Origin: a virus
Taxonomy: Duplodnaviria > Caudoviricetes
Virus record (IMG/VR): IMGVR_UViG_3300038393_000273
Coordinates: 1 to 41,771 of that record
DNA: 41,771 nt
Direction: 5' to 3' (one strand)
Of the stretch, positions 33,941-41,771 are shown in pieces (the first letter of the stretch is position 1; the number at the start of each line of letters is the position of its first letter). Position numbers and translations under genes: made by a program. The notes under the pieces were generated by a model. The model did no database searches, had not been told where the DNA came from, and saw only the letters and a list, made by a program, of their open reading frames with translations.

Positions 33941-34633
33941 TTAGAATTGACCGGCGCTGGTCATTTGCGAGGTCCCGCCGCTGCCGCCCCAATTCGCGCC
34001 CTTGCCCATGCCGTAGAAGCTCGCGATAGTCGAGGCGATCTTCCCGCCGTCGACGAAGGCCTGATGCGCCTCGTTGCCGAGCGCGAGCTGGCCGCCAGCC
34101 GTCGCCGCGCCTTGCTGCTGTAGAAGGTTTGCGACGTTCGAGCCGGTTTGCAGCCCAGCGTTACCGACGCCCGCGGCCGCGTTGCCGCCCATCGAAGCCA
34201 GGTCGCCATAGCTCCCAAGTTGCTGCTGGATGAGCTGCGACAGCAGGGCAGGGGAGAACTGGGCGAGCGCCCCTTGAACGTTCCCGCCGCGCAGTCCACC
34301 GGTCGCTGACGCGTTCGCGAGAATCGCGTCCTCGCCTTGCTTCTGCAGCGCTGTGAATTGTGGGGATGCCTGGATTGCCGAGATGGCCGATTGCTGGGCG
34401 TCGTTGCCGTTCAGACCAATTAGGTTCTGTTGCGCGCCGAGTGCGCCGGTGCCGGCCGCTACGTAAGGCGCGAGCGCCTTCTGGAACGCTTCGAACATCG
34501 CCTTCTGCTGGTCGATGCCGGCCTGCGCCGCGTTGGCTTGCGTGACGGAGGCCTGTTCCGCTGCCTCGGCCTGCTGCTTGGCGCCGGTAACGCCGCCCAG
34601 GACATTGCCGACCAGATTGCCGACGAAACTCAT
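33941..34633 (-). CDS. Ejection/DNA transfer protein, gp7-like
   Basis: Gly/Ala/Gln-rich, with LAPYVAAG and ANASATGGLRGGN motifs. Confidence 0.8.
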   Translation of the reverse strand: MSFVGNLVGNVLGGVTGAKQQAEAAEQASVTQANAAQAGIDQQKAMFEAFQKALAPYVAAGTGALGAQQNLIGLNGNDAQQSAISAIQASPQFTALQKQGEDAILANASATGGLRGGNVQGALAQFSPALLSQLIQQQLGSYGDLASMGGNAAAGVGNAGLQTGSNVANLLQQQGAATAGGQLALGNEAHQAFVDGGKIASTIASFYGMGKGANWGGSGGTSQMTSAGQF

Positions 34634-35094
34634 ACTGTTTGCTCCCATTCGTTGCGGGTGATGCCGAGCACATGCACGCCGAGCAGGCGGCCGTTCTGGC
34701 GGCAGGCATTGCGGCGCAGGCCTTCGGTCTTGAAGCCCAGCTTCAGGCAGTAGTTGCGCGCGGCGGTGAGGCCTTCGATCACGTACGCGGTGACGCGCTC
34801 GATTGCCGGGTTGGCGAAGGCTTGCGCCAGGCACAGGCGGCCCAGCGCGCGGGAATGCGGAAGCGCGCGGCGCGTTAGCATCGCGTGTACGTCGACTTCG
34901 ACGAAGCCGGACTCGATGACCATGAAGGCGCCGACCAGATCGCCATCGACGCGCGCGCCGAGGTAGTGCACGTGCGGGTGCTCGATCAGCGCGGCAGGCC
35001 GGTCGTCGTGGCCCACGCGGGCGATGTACGGGTCAAGGAACAGCGGCGCGAGTGCGCCTTGGTCGGAAAGAGGCTGGAGCTCCAGCAGCGGCAT
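34630..35094 (-). CDS. GNAT-fold protein, P22 gp14-like
   Basis: DVHAML and ARNYCLKLGFKTEG motifs, in the conserved position before the ejection genes. Confidence 0.75.
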   Translation of the reverse strand: MPLLELQPLSDQGALAPLFLDPYIARVGHDDRPAALIEHPHVHYLGARVDGDLVGAFMVIESGFVEVDVHAMLTRRALPHSRALGRLCLAQAFANPAIERVTAYVIEGLTAARNYCLKLGFKTEGLRRNACRQNGRLLGVHVLGITRNEWEQTV

Positions 35095-35171
35095 CGGGTT
35101 CTCCCGTTAGGGTTCGATGGCCGCTGGTCGCCTGATCTCAGCTATTGCCCAAGAGACGGGCAACTGCTTGG

Positions 35172-35201
35172 ATTATAGGGAGTTCCTATCGGAAATTTCA
35201 A
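35172..35201 (-). promoter_or_regulatory. Putative internal promoter for the gp14/ejection genes
   Basis: TTGAAA-N18-TATAAT on the minus strand, overlapped by the near-palindrome ATAGGGAGTTCCTAT. Confidence 0.55.
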
Positions 35202-35223
35202 TCCTTTCGGCAATTTTCTATCG

Positions 35224-35559
35224 CTACGTGAACTTCCTGCCACTGGCGCGGACCTTGATCGTGTTGGCGGTCGGGCAGGTGACGGTCAGCTTGCCGCCGT
35301 TGGCGATCGTATGGCCAACAATGTCGGGGAATGGCCAGACCTGGCCGACGGTTAGCGCCTTCGTGAAAGTCTGGGCAGAGGCCCCGTCGGGCGATACGAG
35401 TTGAGCAGTGGCGGTGGCCGTGGCGGCGCCCTCGTTCGTGCACGTCAGCTTGTCGACAGCGGTCGTGCACTGGTCGGACAGGTAGTACGCGCCGGTCGTG
35501 GGTGTGGCAGTGGCTGCGGCGAAGGTGCCCTCGATGAGGACTGCCGGTGTGGTGGTCAT
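35224..35559 (-). CDS. Putative small virion protein
   Basis: Beta-rich 111-aa ORF in the tail cluster with an AAGGAG SD. Confidence 0.65.
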   Translation of the reverse strand: MTTTPAVLIEGTFAAATATPTTGAYYLSDQCTTAVDKLTCTNEGAATATATAQLVSPDGASAQTFTKALTVGQVWPFPDIVGHTIANGGKLTVTCPTANTIKVRASGRKFT

Positions 35560-35562
35560 GGG

Positions 35563-36171
35563 TCAAACTCCTTTTGCGATGTTGGCGGCCTTGATCGCGT
35601 TCGCGAGCGCGATGCACGAGGGGAGGTCGGTGGCGTTTGCTGGGTAGGTGGCCGCGGTGCCGAGATTCGCAGCTGTGTCAGCGCTTGCTGCGCGGTCGAC
35701 GTACAGGTTCGCGACCTTCGTTGTGCTCGCGATGACCAGCGGCGCCGTGCCGGTGGAGACAGTGGACGCGATCTGACCGGATGCGGAGACAGTGGTGAAC
35801 TTCGCCGCGGCAGCCGTGGTCGCCCCAATTGCCGTGCCGTCGACAGTGCCGCCGGTGATCTCGACGCTATCCGCGTTTTGTGCGCTGATCGTGCCCAGGT
35901 GCGCGCGCGGCGTGGTGTCGTCGGCTTCGACATGTGGCGGTGTGGCCGGTGCTGCGTCCAGGCGCGCAAGAGCATCGGCGAGCAGGGCCAACGCAGCGGC
36001 CGAAGCCTGCGCAACGGCCAGCGCTGAACCGGCCAGCGCATTTGCCTCCTCGATGGTCGACGGGAACGTATCCCCGACGTCTTCGAATACCTGTTCAAGC
36101 GCAGCGATGGCGCGTTTGTTTCCTTGAGCGATCTGGGCGAGTACGTCACGGGTGAGATTCAGCTTAGGCAT
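35563..36171 (-). CDS. Tail protein in the tail-needle (gp26) position
   Basis: Helical N-terminal half, then GTISAQNADSVEITGGTVDGTAIG fibre-like repeats. Follows the gp10-like gene. Confidence 0.6.
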   Translation of the reverse strand: MPKLNLTRDVLAQIAQGNKRAIAALEQVFEDVGDTFPSTIEEANALAGSALAVAQASAAALALLADALARLDAAPATPPHVEADDTTPRAHLGTISAQNADSVEITGGTVDGTAIGATTAAAAKFTTVSASGQIASTVSTGTAPLVIASTTKVANLYVDRAASADTAANLGTAATYPANATDLPSCIALANAIKAANIAKGV

Positions 36172-37579
36172 TCAGCGGCTCCAGCTGCGCCTCCAGGCGC
36201 GCAACGGACAGGTGGGCGTCACTCGTACCCCGGAACTTCTGGATGCGCCAGTTCTCCATGCCGCCTTGGCCGATCCACACCAAGCGCTTCGTGCGCTGGC
36301 CCTGGCGTCCGGCCTTGATCGAGCGTTCAGCGCTCCACGTCACGCCGTCGGCCGAATACGATGTCCAGATCACCGGATCAACGCCCAGCGGCGCGCGGCC
36401 GGGTAGGGCAACCAGTTCTAGCTCGTGGAACACGGCACCGCGGCCCTCGTTGTACACGATGGACGTGTCGAACTCCCAGCCGATCACCTGGCCGTAGTGG
36501 GTCGAGATCGTTTCGTCCAGCACGCCGAGCGCGCTCGATGTCGGGTCGCCGCACAGCCAGCGGTCGTAGCACCACACGAAGTTGCGCGCGCGGTACTGCG
36601 CCGGCGTCAGCAGGCCGGAGTCGACAGTGAACCAGACTGGCTCCTGCACAGCGGCCGACGCGGCGCCGTCGTAGATCAGCGCGCGGTCCGGTAGATGCAG
36701 GTAGAGCAACGCGTGATTCTTCGTCGTGCGTACCTCCATGACGGACATCGACAGTTCCGCTTCGGTGTAATCGAGCAGCAGCGTGTCGATCTCGCCGGTG
36801 GACAGTTTCTGTGTCGCCGCGTTCAGGCCGACCCATACCGCCGGCGGCTCTTTGCGGGCTCCGCCCAGGAATGCAATCTTGTCGTCGTAGTTGACGATGC
36901 AGTGCGTTCCGATGGCGCCGCGGTTGATCTGCGCCCCCTCCACGCGCGCGAACGGGAACAGGGATCTCGTCGACGACTGGCCGACGTTCTGCATCATCTC
37001 GATCGTGTACCGGTTGACCGCGTAGAACTCGCCGGCGCGTGACTTGAACATGCCTTTGATCGGGTCCGGGTCTCCCTCGCTACTACCGTAGCGCAGCGGG
37101 TTGATCGACGTCGGGTCGAGCAGGTCCGTGACGATCAGCGACATGCCGTCTGTCGTGACGAAGTACCCATCGATCCAGAGGACGTCGAGCACCGCACCCA
37201 GGTCCGGGTCGCCAACCTGCGTGAGAGTGCCACCGCCCCAGTAATAGAGCGCACCGCCCGAGGCTATTGCAAGCCGATCGAACGAATAGTCGAAGCCGAC
37301 CTGGCCAGTGCCGCCAACGTCGCCCAGCACGGTCACGACACCGGTCGCCGCGACTTGCACGAGCTTCGTGCCCATGACCCGGTAGTGCACGCCGCCCCAG
37401 TTGATCCCGCCACGGTCGACGCCAGGCCCCGAGCCGATTTGCACGATGCCTTCAGCCGGGCGCAGGTAGCCCGCGCTGATGCCCTGCGCGCGCGGCACAG
37501 GCATCATGTTGCGCGGGTACGAGATGCGGAAGTCTGGCCCCTCGTCGGTCGTGATCCCGCTCAGGATCGGGATCTGCAC
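36164..37579 (-). CDS. Tail hub/packaged-DNA stabilisation protein, P22 gp10-like
   Basis: 471 aa, beta-propeller-like, with YPRNMMP, IDGYFV and DPDPIKG motifs. Confidence 0.85.
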   Translation of the reverse strand: MQIPILSGITTDEGPDFRISYPRNMMPVPRAQGISAGYLRPAEGIVQIGSGPGVDRGGINWGGVHYRVMGTKLVQVAATGVVTVLGDVGGTGQVGFDYSFDRLAIASGGALYYWGGGTLTQVGDPDLGAVLDVLWIDGYFVTTDGMSLIVTDLLDPTSINPLRYGSSEGDPDPIKGMFKSRAGEFYAVNRYTIEMMQNVGQSSTRSLFPFARVEGAQINRGAIGTHCIVNYDDKIAFLGGARKEPPAVWVGLNAATQKLSTGEIDTLLLDYTEAELSMSVMEVRTTKNHALLYLHLPDRALIYDGAASAAVQEPVWFTVDSGLLTPAQYRARNFVWCYDRWLCGDPTSSALGVLDETISTHYGQVIGWEFDTSIVYNEGRGAVFHELELVALPGRAPLGVDPVIWTSYSADGVTWSAERSIKAGRQGQRTKRLVWIGQGGMENWRIQKFRGTSDAHLSVARLEAQLEPLNA

Positions 37580-37580
37580 G

Positions 37581-37877
37581 TTAGAAGCCCTCGCCGTTCA
37601 TCACATGCAGCGTCGTGCCGAGCGGGGAGATGTGCGACAGTTGGTTGTCGTCCATGGCCTTGGTGATCACGACTTGGGCGCCGGCCGGCACTGGATAATC
37701 AGCCGTCGACGCGGCTGCGACACCCTGGCCAACGCGCACGTAACACACGTTCGCGCCCTGGTTCGTCAGGATGAGTTGCTTGCTACCCTTTTGCAGGGTC
37801 GCCGTAGCGGACGCTGCTCCGGGGCTCAGGACTTGGCCCGAGCCATAGGCGGGCTGAACAGGTGCTTTGATGGTCAT
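37581..37877 (-). CDS. Putative small virion protein
   Basis: MTIKAPVQPAYG...GEGF, with an AAGGA SD. Confidence 0.65.
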   Translation of the reverse strand: MTIKAPVQPAYGSGQVLSPGAASATATLQKGSKQLILTNQGANVCYVRVGQGVAAASTADYPVPAGAQVVITKAMDDNQLSHISPLGTTLHVMNGEGF

Positions 37878-37890
37878 GATGGTTCCTTTG

Positions 37891-38301
37891 TCAGTAGCAG
37901 CGCCACGGCTTGTTTCCGGCGCCGTTGAGCGGCAGGCCCGAGGACTGGCCCGTGGTTGGGGTAACGGCGGCGCCAAGCAGGGCGTTGTAGCCCGACTTCG
38001 CTGCCGCCAGCGTCTGGGGCGTGAGCGCCTTGCCGCGCCCGGCTGCCAGCTTCACGGCGAGGTTCAGGTACACGGGCTCGACGGCCGTGAGCGGAATGCC
38101 GGCGTCGTCGTCGATGTTCGAATCGTCAGGGCTGCCCGGTAGCAGATAGCCGATGGATATGCCTACGCCACTCCACGTTGCCATCATCGTGTCGAGCTGA
38201 CGCAGCGCATCCTCGCGCACCTCCGCTCCCAGGTCGAACACGTAGCCGGCGCGCGCGAGCTCGCTGAACGCCTGGTCGATGATCTGCGCTTTCGTCCACA
38301 T
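37891..38301 (-). CDS. Head-tail adaptor, P22 gp4-like
   Basis: TKAQII..AF, ALRQLDTMMATW, NLAVKLA and GAGNK motifs. Confidence 0.85.
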   Translation of the reverse strand: MWTKAQIIDQAFSELARAGYVFDLGAEVREDALRQLDTMMATWSGVGISIGYLLPGSPDDSNIDDDAGIPLTAVEPVYLNLAVKLAAGRGKALTPQTLAAAKSGYNALLGAAVTPTTGQSSGLPLNGAGNKPWRCY

Positions 38302-38303
38302 GA

Positions 38304-38615
38304 TCAGTTCTGCCCAGTCAGCGCGGCTTCGATACGCTCGGCCAGCTTCGCGTCACCGATGCGCGGCGAGAACTCGATACCGAGCTTGGTGGCCTTCTGC
38401 TCCAGTTCGGCGCGGGTCGCCGGCGCGTCGTCGTCTGCCTCGTCCTTGGGCTTCGGCGCAGCCGCATCGGCAGCATCCGGCGTGGTCAGGTGCCAGCCAT
38501 CCGCGAGCGCGGCATCCAGCTCGTCGACGTCGTGCACGATATGCGTGTGGAAGCGACCGCCGTGGATCTCTTCGGGGCCGCCAGCTTTGTAGATCATGCG
38601 CGGGAAATCGTTCAT
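38304..38615 (-). CDS. Hypothetical head-region protein
   Basis: FPRMIYK, ALADGW and RAELEQKATKLGI motifs. GGAGG SD. Confidence 0.7.
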   Translation of the reverse strand: MNDFPRMIYKAGGPEEIHGGRFHTHIVHDVDELDAALADGWHLTTPDAADAAAPKPKDEADDDAPATRAELEQKATKLGIEFSPRIGDAKLAERIEAALTGQN

Positions 38616-38631
38616 TCATTCCTCCTATGGA

Positions 38632-39045
38632 TTATGAAAAGCGCTGCACACGGCGCGAACCGCGGCGCCGAGATTGGAAAATGCCGCTTTGGACTGGCGG
38701 GCTACTGCCCGGGATCGCGATATCAGCCGACGCAGATTTGGACGAATCTGCGTCGCTGGTAAATGTCACCTTGCCGTACTGATGGCCGGGCGTCGTCGCA
38801 GGGGCGGTGAATAAGCCGCTTGTGTCGATAGCACCGAAAGTGCACGACCAGATTCCGCCCTGCGACGGGCTATTCTGCCCAAGAACAGCCGCTGAAAACT
38901 GTTGCGAAGAGCCGCCAACGAGGGTCGCGGCCATCGGGTTGATAACTACCGCCGTGACGATAGCGGCGGGCGGCGGCGGAGCGACGTTCGATTGCGAACC
39001 ACTTGCCGCCACCGCGTCCATGCCTACAGCGTTAAATGCTGGCAT
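38632..39045 (-). CDS. Ig-like (Big_2-type) domain protein
   Basis: VVINPMAATLVGGSSQQFSAAV...WS...GAIDTSGLFTAP, with a basic C-terminal tail and a GGAGG SD. Confidence 0.75.
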   Translation of the reverse strand: MPAFNAVGMDAVAASGSQSNVAPPPPAAIVTAVVINPMAATLVGGSSQQFSAAVLGQNSPSQGGIWSCTFGAIDTSGLFTAPATTPGHQYGKVTFTSDADSSKSASADIAIPGSSPPVQSGIFQSRRRGSRRVQRFS

Positions 39046-39054
39046 GGCGCCTCC

Positions 39055-41721
39055 TTATGCCCAGCCAGTACCGACAGGGCCGATGAACTGGCCGTTGGAC
39101 TGGGACTGCATCTGGCAATACAACGTGCCGGCTGCAACACCGGTGAAGGTGAGGATCAGCGTATAGGTGCTGCCTCCGTCGCTCGACACGTACACGGCGA
39201 TCGTCGTCCCGCTACGCACGAACTTGACGAAATCGTTATCGACTGGGATGCGCCCGCTCGTCGTGGTCGTCGCCGTCCCGGAGAACGCCTTGTAGCCGAC
39301 ACTGTAATCGGCCATGAAGTCGATGCCGATGGAGCCGTAACCCACGTTGGTTTGACCCGTCTTGAAGCCAATCAGGTGCTTGCCCGGGTTTACGCCCGAC
39401 AGCTTGACGATCAGCGTACCGTCGCCCGCGAGCGCCAATTGCGTCACGCCGCCGTTGGGGTTGTTGGCATAATTGACGCCGCTGTCGGTCTTGTACGCGT
39501 ACGGCGCGACGGCTGACGTTTCCGTCATCGTTACGAGGTTCGTAAGCCGTAGATCGGTGCCCGATGATGCCGCGACGTTGTTCGTGACGCTGGACGGGCC
39601 GAACGAGACAGCCGCGTTGCCTGCCACGTCCTTGATCCGTGGATCAGTGCCAGGCGCCGTGTATGTGACTTGCACTGTCGTGCCGTTCGAGAACGCCGTC
39701 GCGCACGTAGCGGATACGACTTGGCCACTGACGGACACGCTCGACACGGTTTTCGCCGATCCGTTCTCGGTGATGGCAAACGCGGACGCGGGCGGGACGC
39801 TAGTACCCAGCGTTTCCGACATCGTGATCTGCACAACGGTCGGCGATGCGGCGGCGATCTGCGCGCTGGAGAACGTCGGCGGCGTCGTGTCGGATGCGGG
39901 GGCGTTGTTCGTGACGCTCATGCCCGAGAACGAGACCATCAAATTGCCGGCTAGGTCACGCAGGCCGGCGCTGCCCGGCTGGGTGTAGCTTACCGTGCGC
40001 GCCGCCTCGCCAGCGACGAACACCTCGCCCAGCGTCAGCGTTACGGTTGTTGCGGTCACGCCCACACTGACGACCGTATGGCCGCTGACGGCGAATGCGG
40101 ATACGTCGGGCACGTTGGTTGTGTCGAGCGATTCCGACGCAGTCATAGTCAGCGTTGCCGGAGTCGCGTTTGCGACGGTCGCGCCACTCAAGGTCGGCGG
40201 GGTGCTATCGATCGCCGGCGCGTTGTTCGTGATGTTGACCGCGCTTTGCGAAGCCATCATGTTGCCGGCGAGATCGCGCAGGCCATTGCCCGGAGCAGTA
40301 AATGTGACGGTGCGCTGCGCTTCGCCGTTGACGAACGGGCTCGATACGGTCAGGTAGACGACGTTGCCTGCGCCGCTTGCCGACGTTACGGTGTGCCCTG
40401 TGACGGCCCAGGCGCTTGTCTGCGGCGGATACGCCGGGTCGAACGGCTCCGACAACGTAACAGCGACGATGCTCGTCGCGGTAGCAGCCACAGACGCGCG
40501 CATAATGGTTGGCGCGGTAGCGTCGGCGCCCGGACTCGTGAGTGCAAGCGGCACTTTCGAGGCGGCGCGGCAACCTAAGATGCGAGCAGCAGCTGCCCGG
40601 TAGTGAATATAGTCGGGCATCTGATATCCACTCACGCCAGGGTAGTAGGCGCAGCGCGCCATCTCTGCTGCCACCTGTTGATGCGCGGCATCGATGGCTG
40701 CGTAACCGACAGTGTTACCCGCGCCGTTTCCTGGCGCGTTCGAGACGTTCTCAGCCATCAGGCCGCCGAGAATGAACCACATGTTTGCGGCGCCCGTGAG
40801 TCGTGTGCGGAAACCCTGGATCAGGGTTTTCATTGCAGCGGCGTAGTTGATCTGTGAAACCGACCAGTCCGCGTCCCCTTCGCCTTGCAGCCAGATTGCG
40901 CCGACGATGCGGCTTGCCGGGTACATGAGCTGCGCTTCCGCCAAGGCCAAGTTGCCTTGCGTGATGGCGTTTTCGTACAGTGAAGCACCGCTCGTAGAAG
41001 TGCCATCGCCTGGCGCCCATCCCGGCGTATTTGCCACGAGCGTCGTTGCGCTGCGTGCCACAGGCACGAGCAGCACCTTACGATTGCTCGGGATCATGCC
41101 CGCATATGTTTTGGCGAACCACTGTGCCGGGCTCAAACCCGAACCGTTACCTAGGGCCGGCAGAGAGCCTTGCGAGTAGTTGTAGCGTAGCGGGTCGACC
41201 GCCTGGGTAATCTTCCGGTAGGTCGCGGTTTCAACGGAATAGCCACCGTACGAAAACACGCGAGGGTCAACGATGTCGAGCGCGCTCGTTGGAGAGTCCT
41301 GGCCAACCATGTTCGACTGGCCAGCACACAGGATGATGTCGAAGCCCGGATCGTGCGGGTTTGTCAGGCCCGCGTTGAGCGCGAACGCCGAGTCACCGTT
41401 ATAGACGAACGGAGTTTGGTTCTGGAAAGTCACGGGGCCGCCGCCATTCGACGACGTCAAGATCTGCGTCAGCGTGATGTGCGTCGAGTCCGTGATGGTC
41501 CACAGGCCGTTAAGCCAAATCCCGGAACCGTCATCGACAACGAACGTGATGTTCGTATCGCCGACCTTGGCTGTGTACTGAAACCCGGCGCCATCGGTGA
41601 GCGCCTGGGCCAACGTACGCCCGCCCGTGACCGCTGCACCCATGGTTACGACGGAACCCACTGTCAGCGTGAGCGAGCTCAGCGCGGTTGCGACGACTTT
41701 CAGTCGATCGATGTGCTTCAT
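39055..41721 (-). CDS. Multidomain SGNH/SASA-type O-acetylesterase with three Ig/SwmB-like repeats
   Basis: GQSN, QGE and DYIH catalytic blocks, three DxTxPT...(L/I)xDxAGN repeats and a beta-rich C-terminal domain. Confidence 0.85.
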   Translation of the reverse strand: MKHIDRLKVVATALSSLTLTVGSVVTMGAAVTGGRTLAQALTDGAGFQYTAKVGDTNITFVVDDGSGIWLNGLWTITDSTHITLTQILTSSNGGGPVTFQNQTPFVYNGDSAFALNAGLTNPHDPGFDIILCAGQSNMVGQDSPTSALDIVDPRVFSYGGYSVETATYRKITQAVDPLRYNYSQGSLPALGNGSGLSPAQWFAKTYAGMIPSNRKVLLVPVARSATTLVANTPGWAPGDGTSTSGASLYENAITQGNLALAEAQLMYPASRIVGAIWLQGEGDADWSVSQINYAAAMKTLIQGFRTRLTGAANMWFILGGLMAENVSNAPGNGAGNTVGYAAIDAAHQQVAAEMARCAYYPGVSGYQMPDYIHYRAAAARILGCRAASKVPLALTSPGADATAPTIMRASVAATATSIVAVTLSEPFDPAYPPQTSAWAVTGHTVTSASGAGNVVYLTVSSPFVNGEAQRTVTFTAPGNGLRDLAGNMMASQSAVNITNNAPAIDSTPPTLSGATVANATPATLTMTASESLDTTNVPDVSAFAVSGHTVVSVGVTATTVTLTLGEVFVAGEAARTVSYTQPGSAGLRDLAGNLMVSFSGMSVTNNAPASDTTPPTFSSAQIAAASPTVVQITMSETLGTSVPPASAFAITENGSAKTVSSVSVSGQVVSATCATAFSNGTTVQVTYTAPGTDPRIKDVAGNAAVSFGPSSVTNNVAASSGTDLRLTNLVTMTETSAVAPYAYKTDSGVNYANNPNGGVTQLALAGDGTLIVKLSGVNPGKHLIGFKTGQTNVGYGSIGIDFMADYSVGYKAFSGTATTTTSGRIPVDNDFVKFVRSGTTIAVYVSSDGGSTYTLILTFTGVAAGTLYCQMQSQSNGQFIGPVGTGWA

Positions 41722-41771
41722 TGTCTATCTGTCCTTGGTAAAAAAACGACCCGCACGAGGCGGGCCGCAAA
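41645..41771. repeat. Second copy of the 127-bp terminal repeat
   Basis: Identical to 1..127. Confidence 0.95.

Overview
The window is a complete, circularly assembled, GC-rich temperate phage genome. It has 41,644 unique bp, because positions 1-127 are repeated exactly at 41645-41771. The virion module is of the P22-like podovirus type: small and large terminase, portal, scaffold, coat, gp4/gp10-like tail proteins, three ejection proteins and a beta-helix tailspike. It also has a lambdoid cI/cro switch with readable operators, an O/DnaC-type replication module, ERF/exonuclease/NinB/NinG recombination genes, xis-int with an intact attP-like region, and a holin/GH73 endolysin/Rz-Rz1 lysis cassette. 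A betaproteobacterial host is my inference and was not checked. The most unusual elements are: (1) an HslV/proteasome-beta-like Ntn hydrolase gene coupled to the portal gene in the head module; (2) a tRNA-shaped non-coding RNA ending in CCA, whose D- and T-equivalent loops are Watson-Crick complementary and whose 5' strand is shared with a competing upstream fold; (3) a C5 DNA methyltransferase apparently split over two fully overlapping reading frames, with four tandem W-P-T-P target-recognition-like repeats; (4) an SGNH O-acetylesterase/Ig-repeat protein inserted directly after the coat gene; (5) a stand-alone LexA DNA-binding domain; and (6) a structured coat-gene leader that sequesters its own ribosome-binding site. 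All family assignments come from motif recognition by eye. No database searches or folding programs were run.
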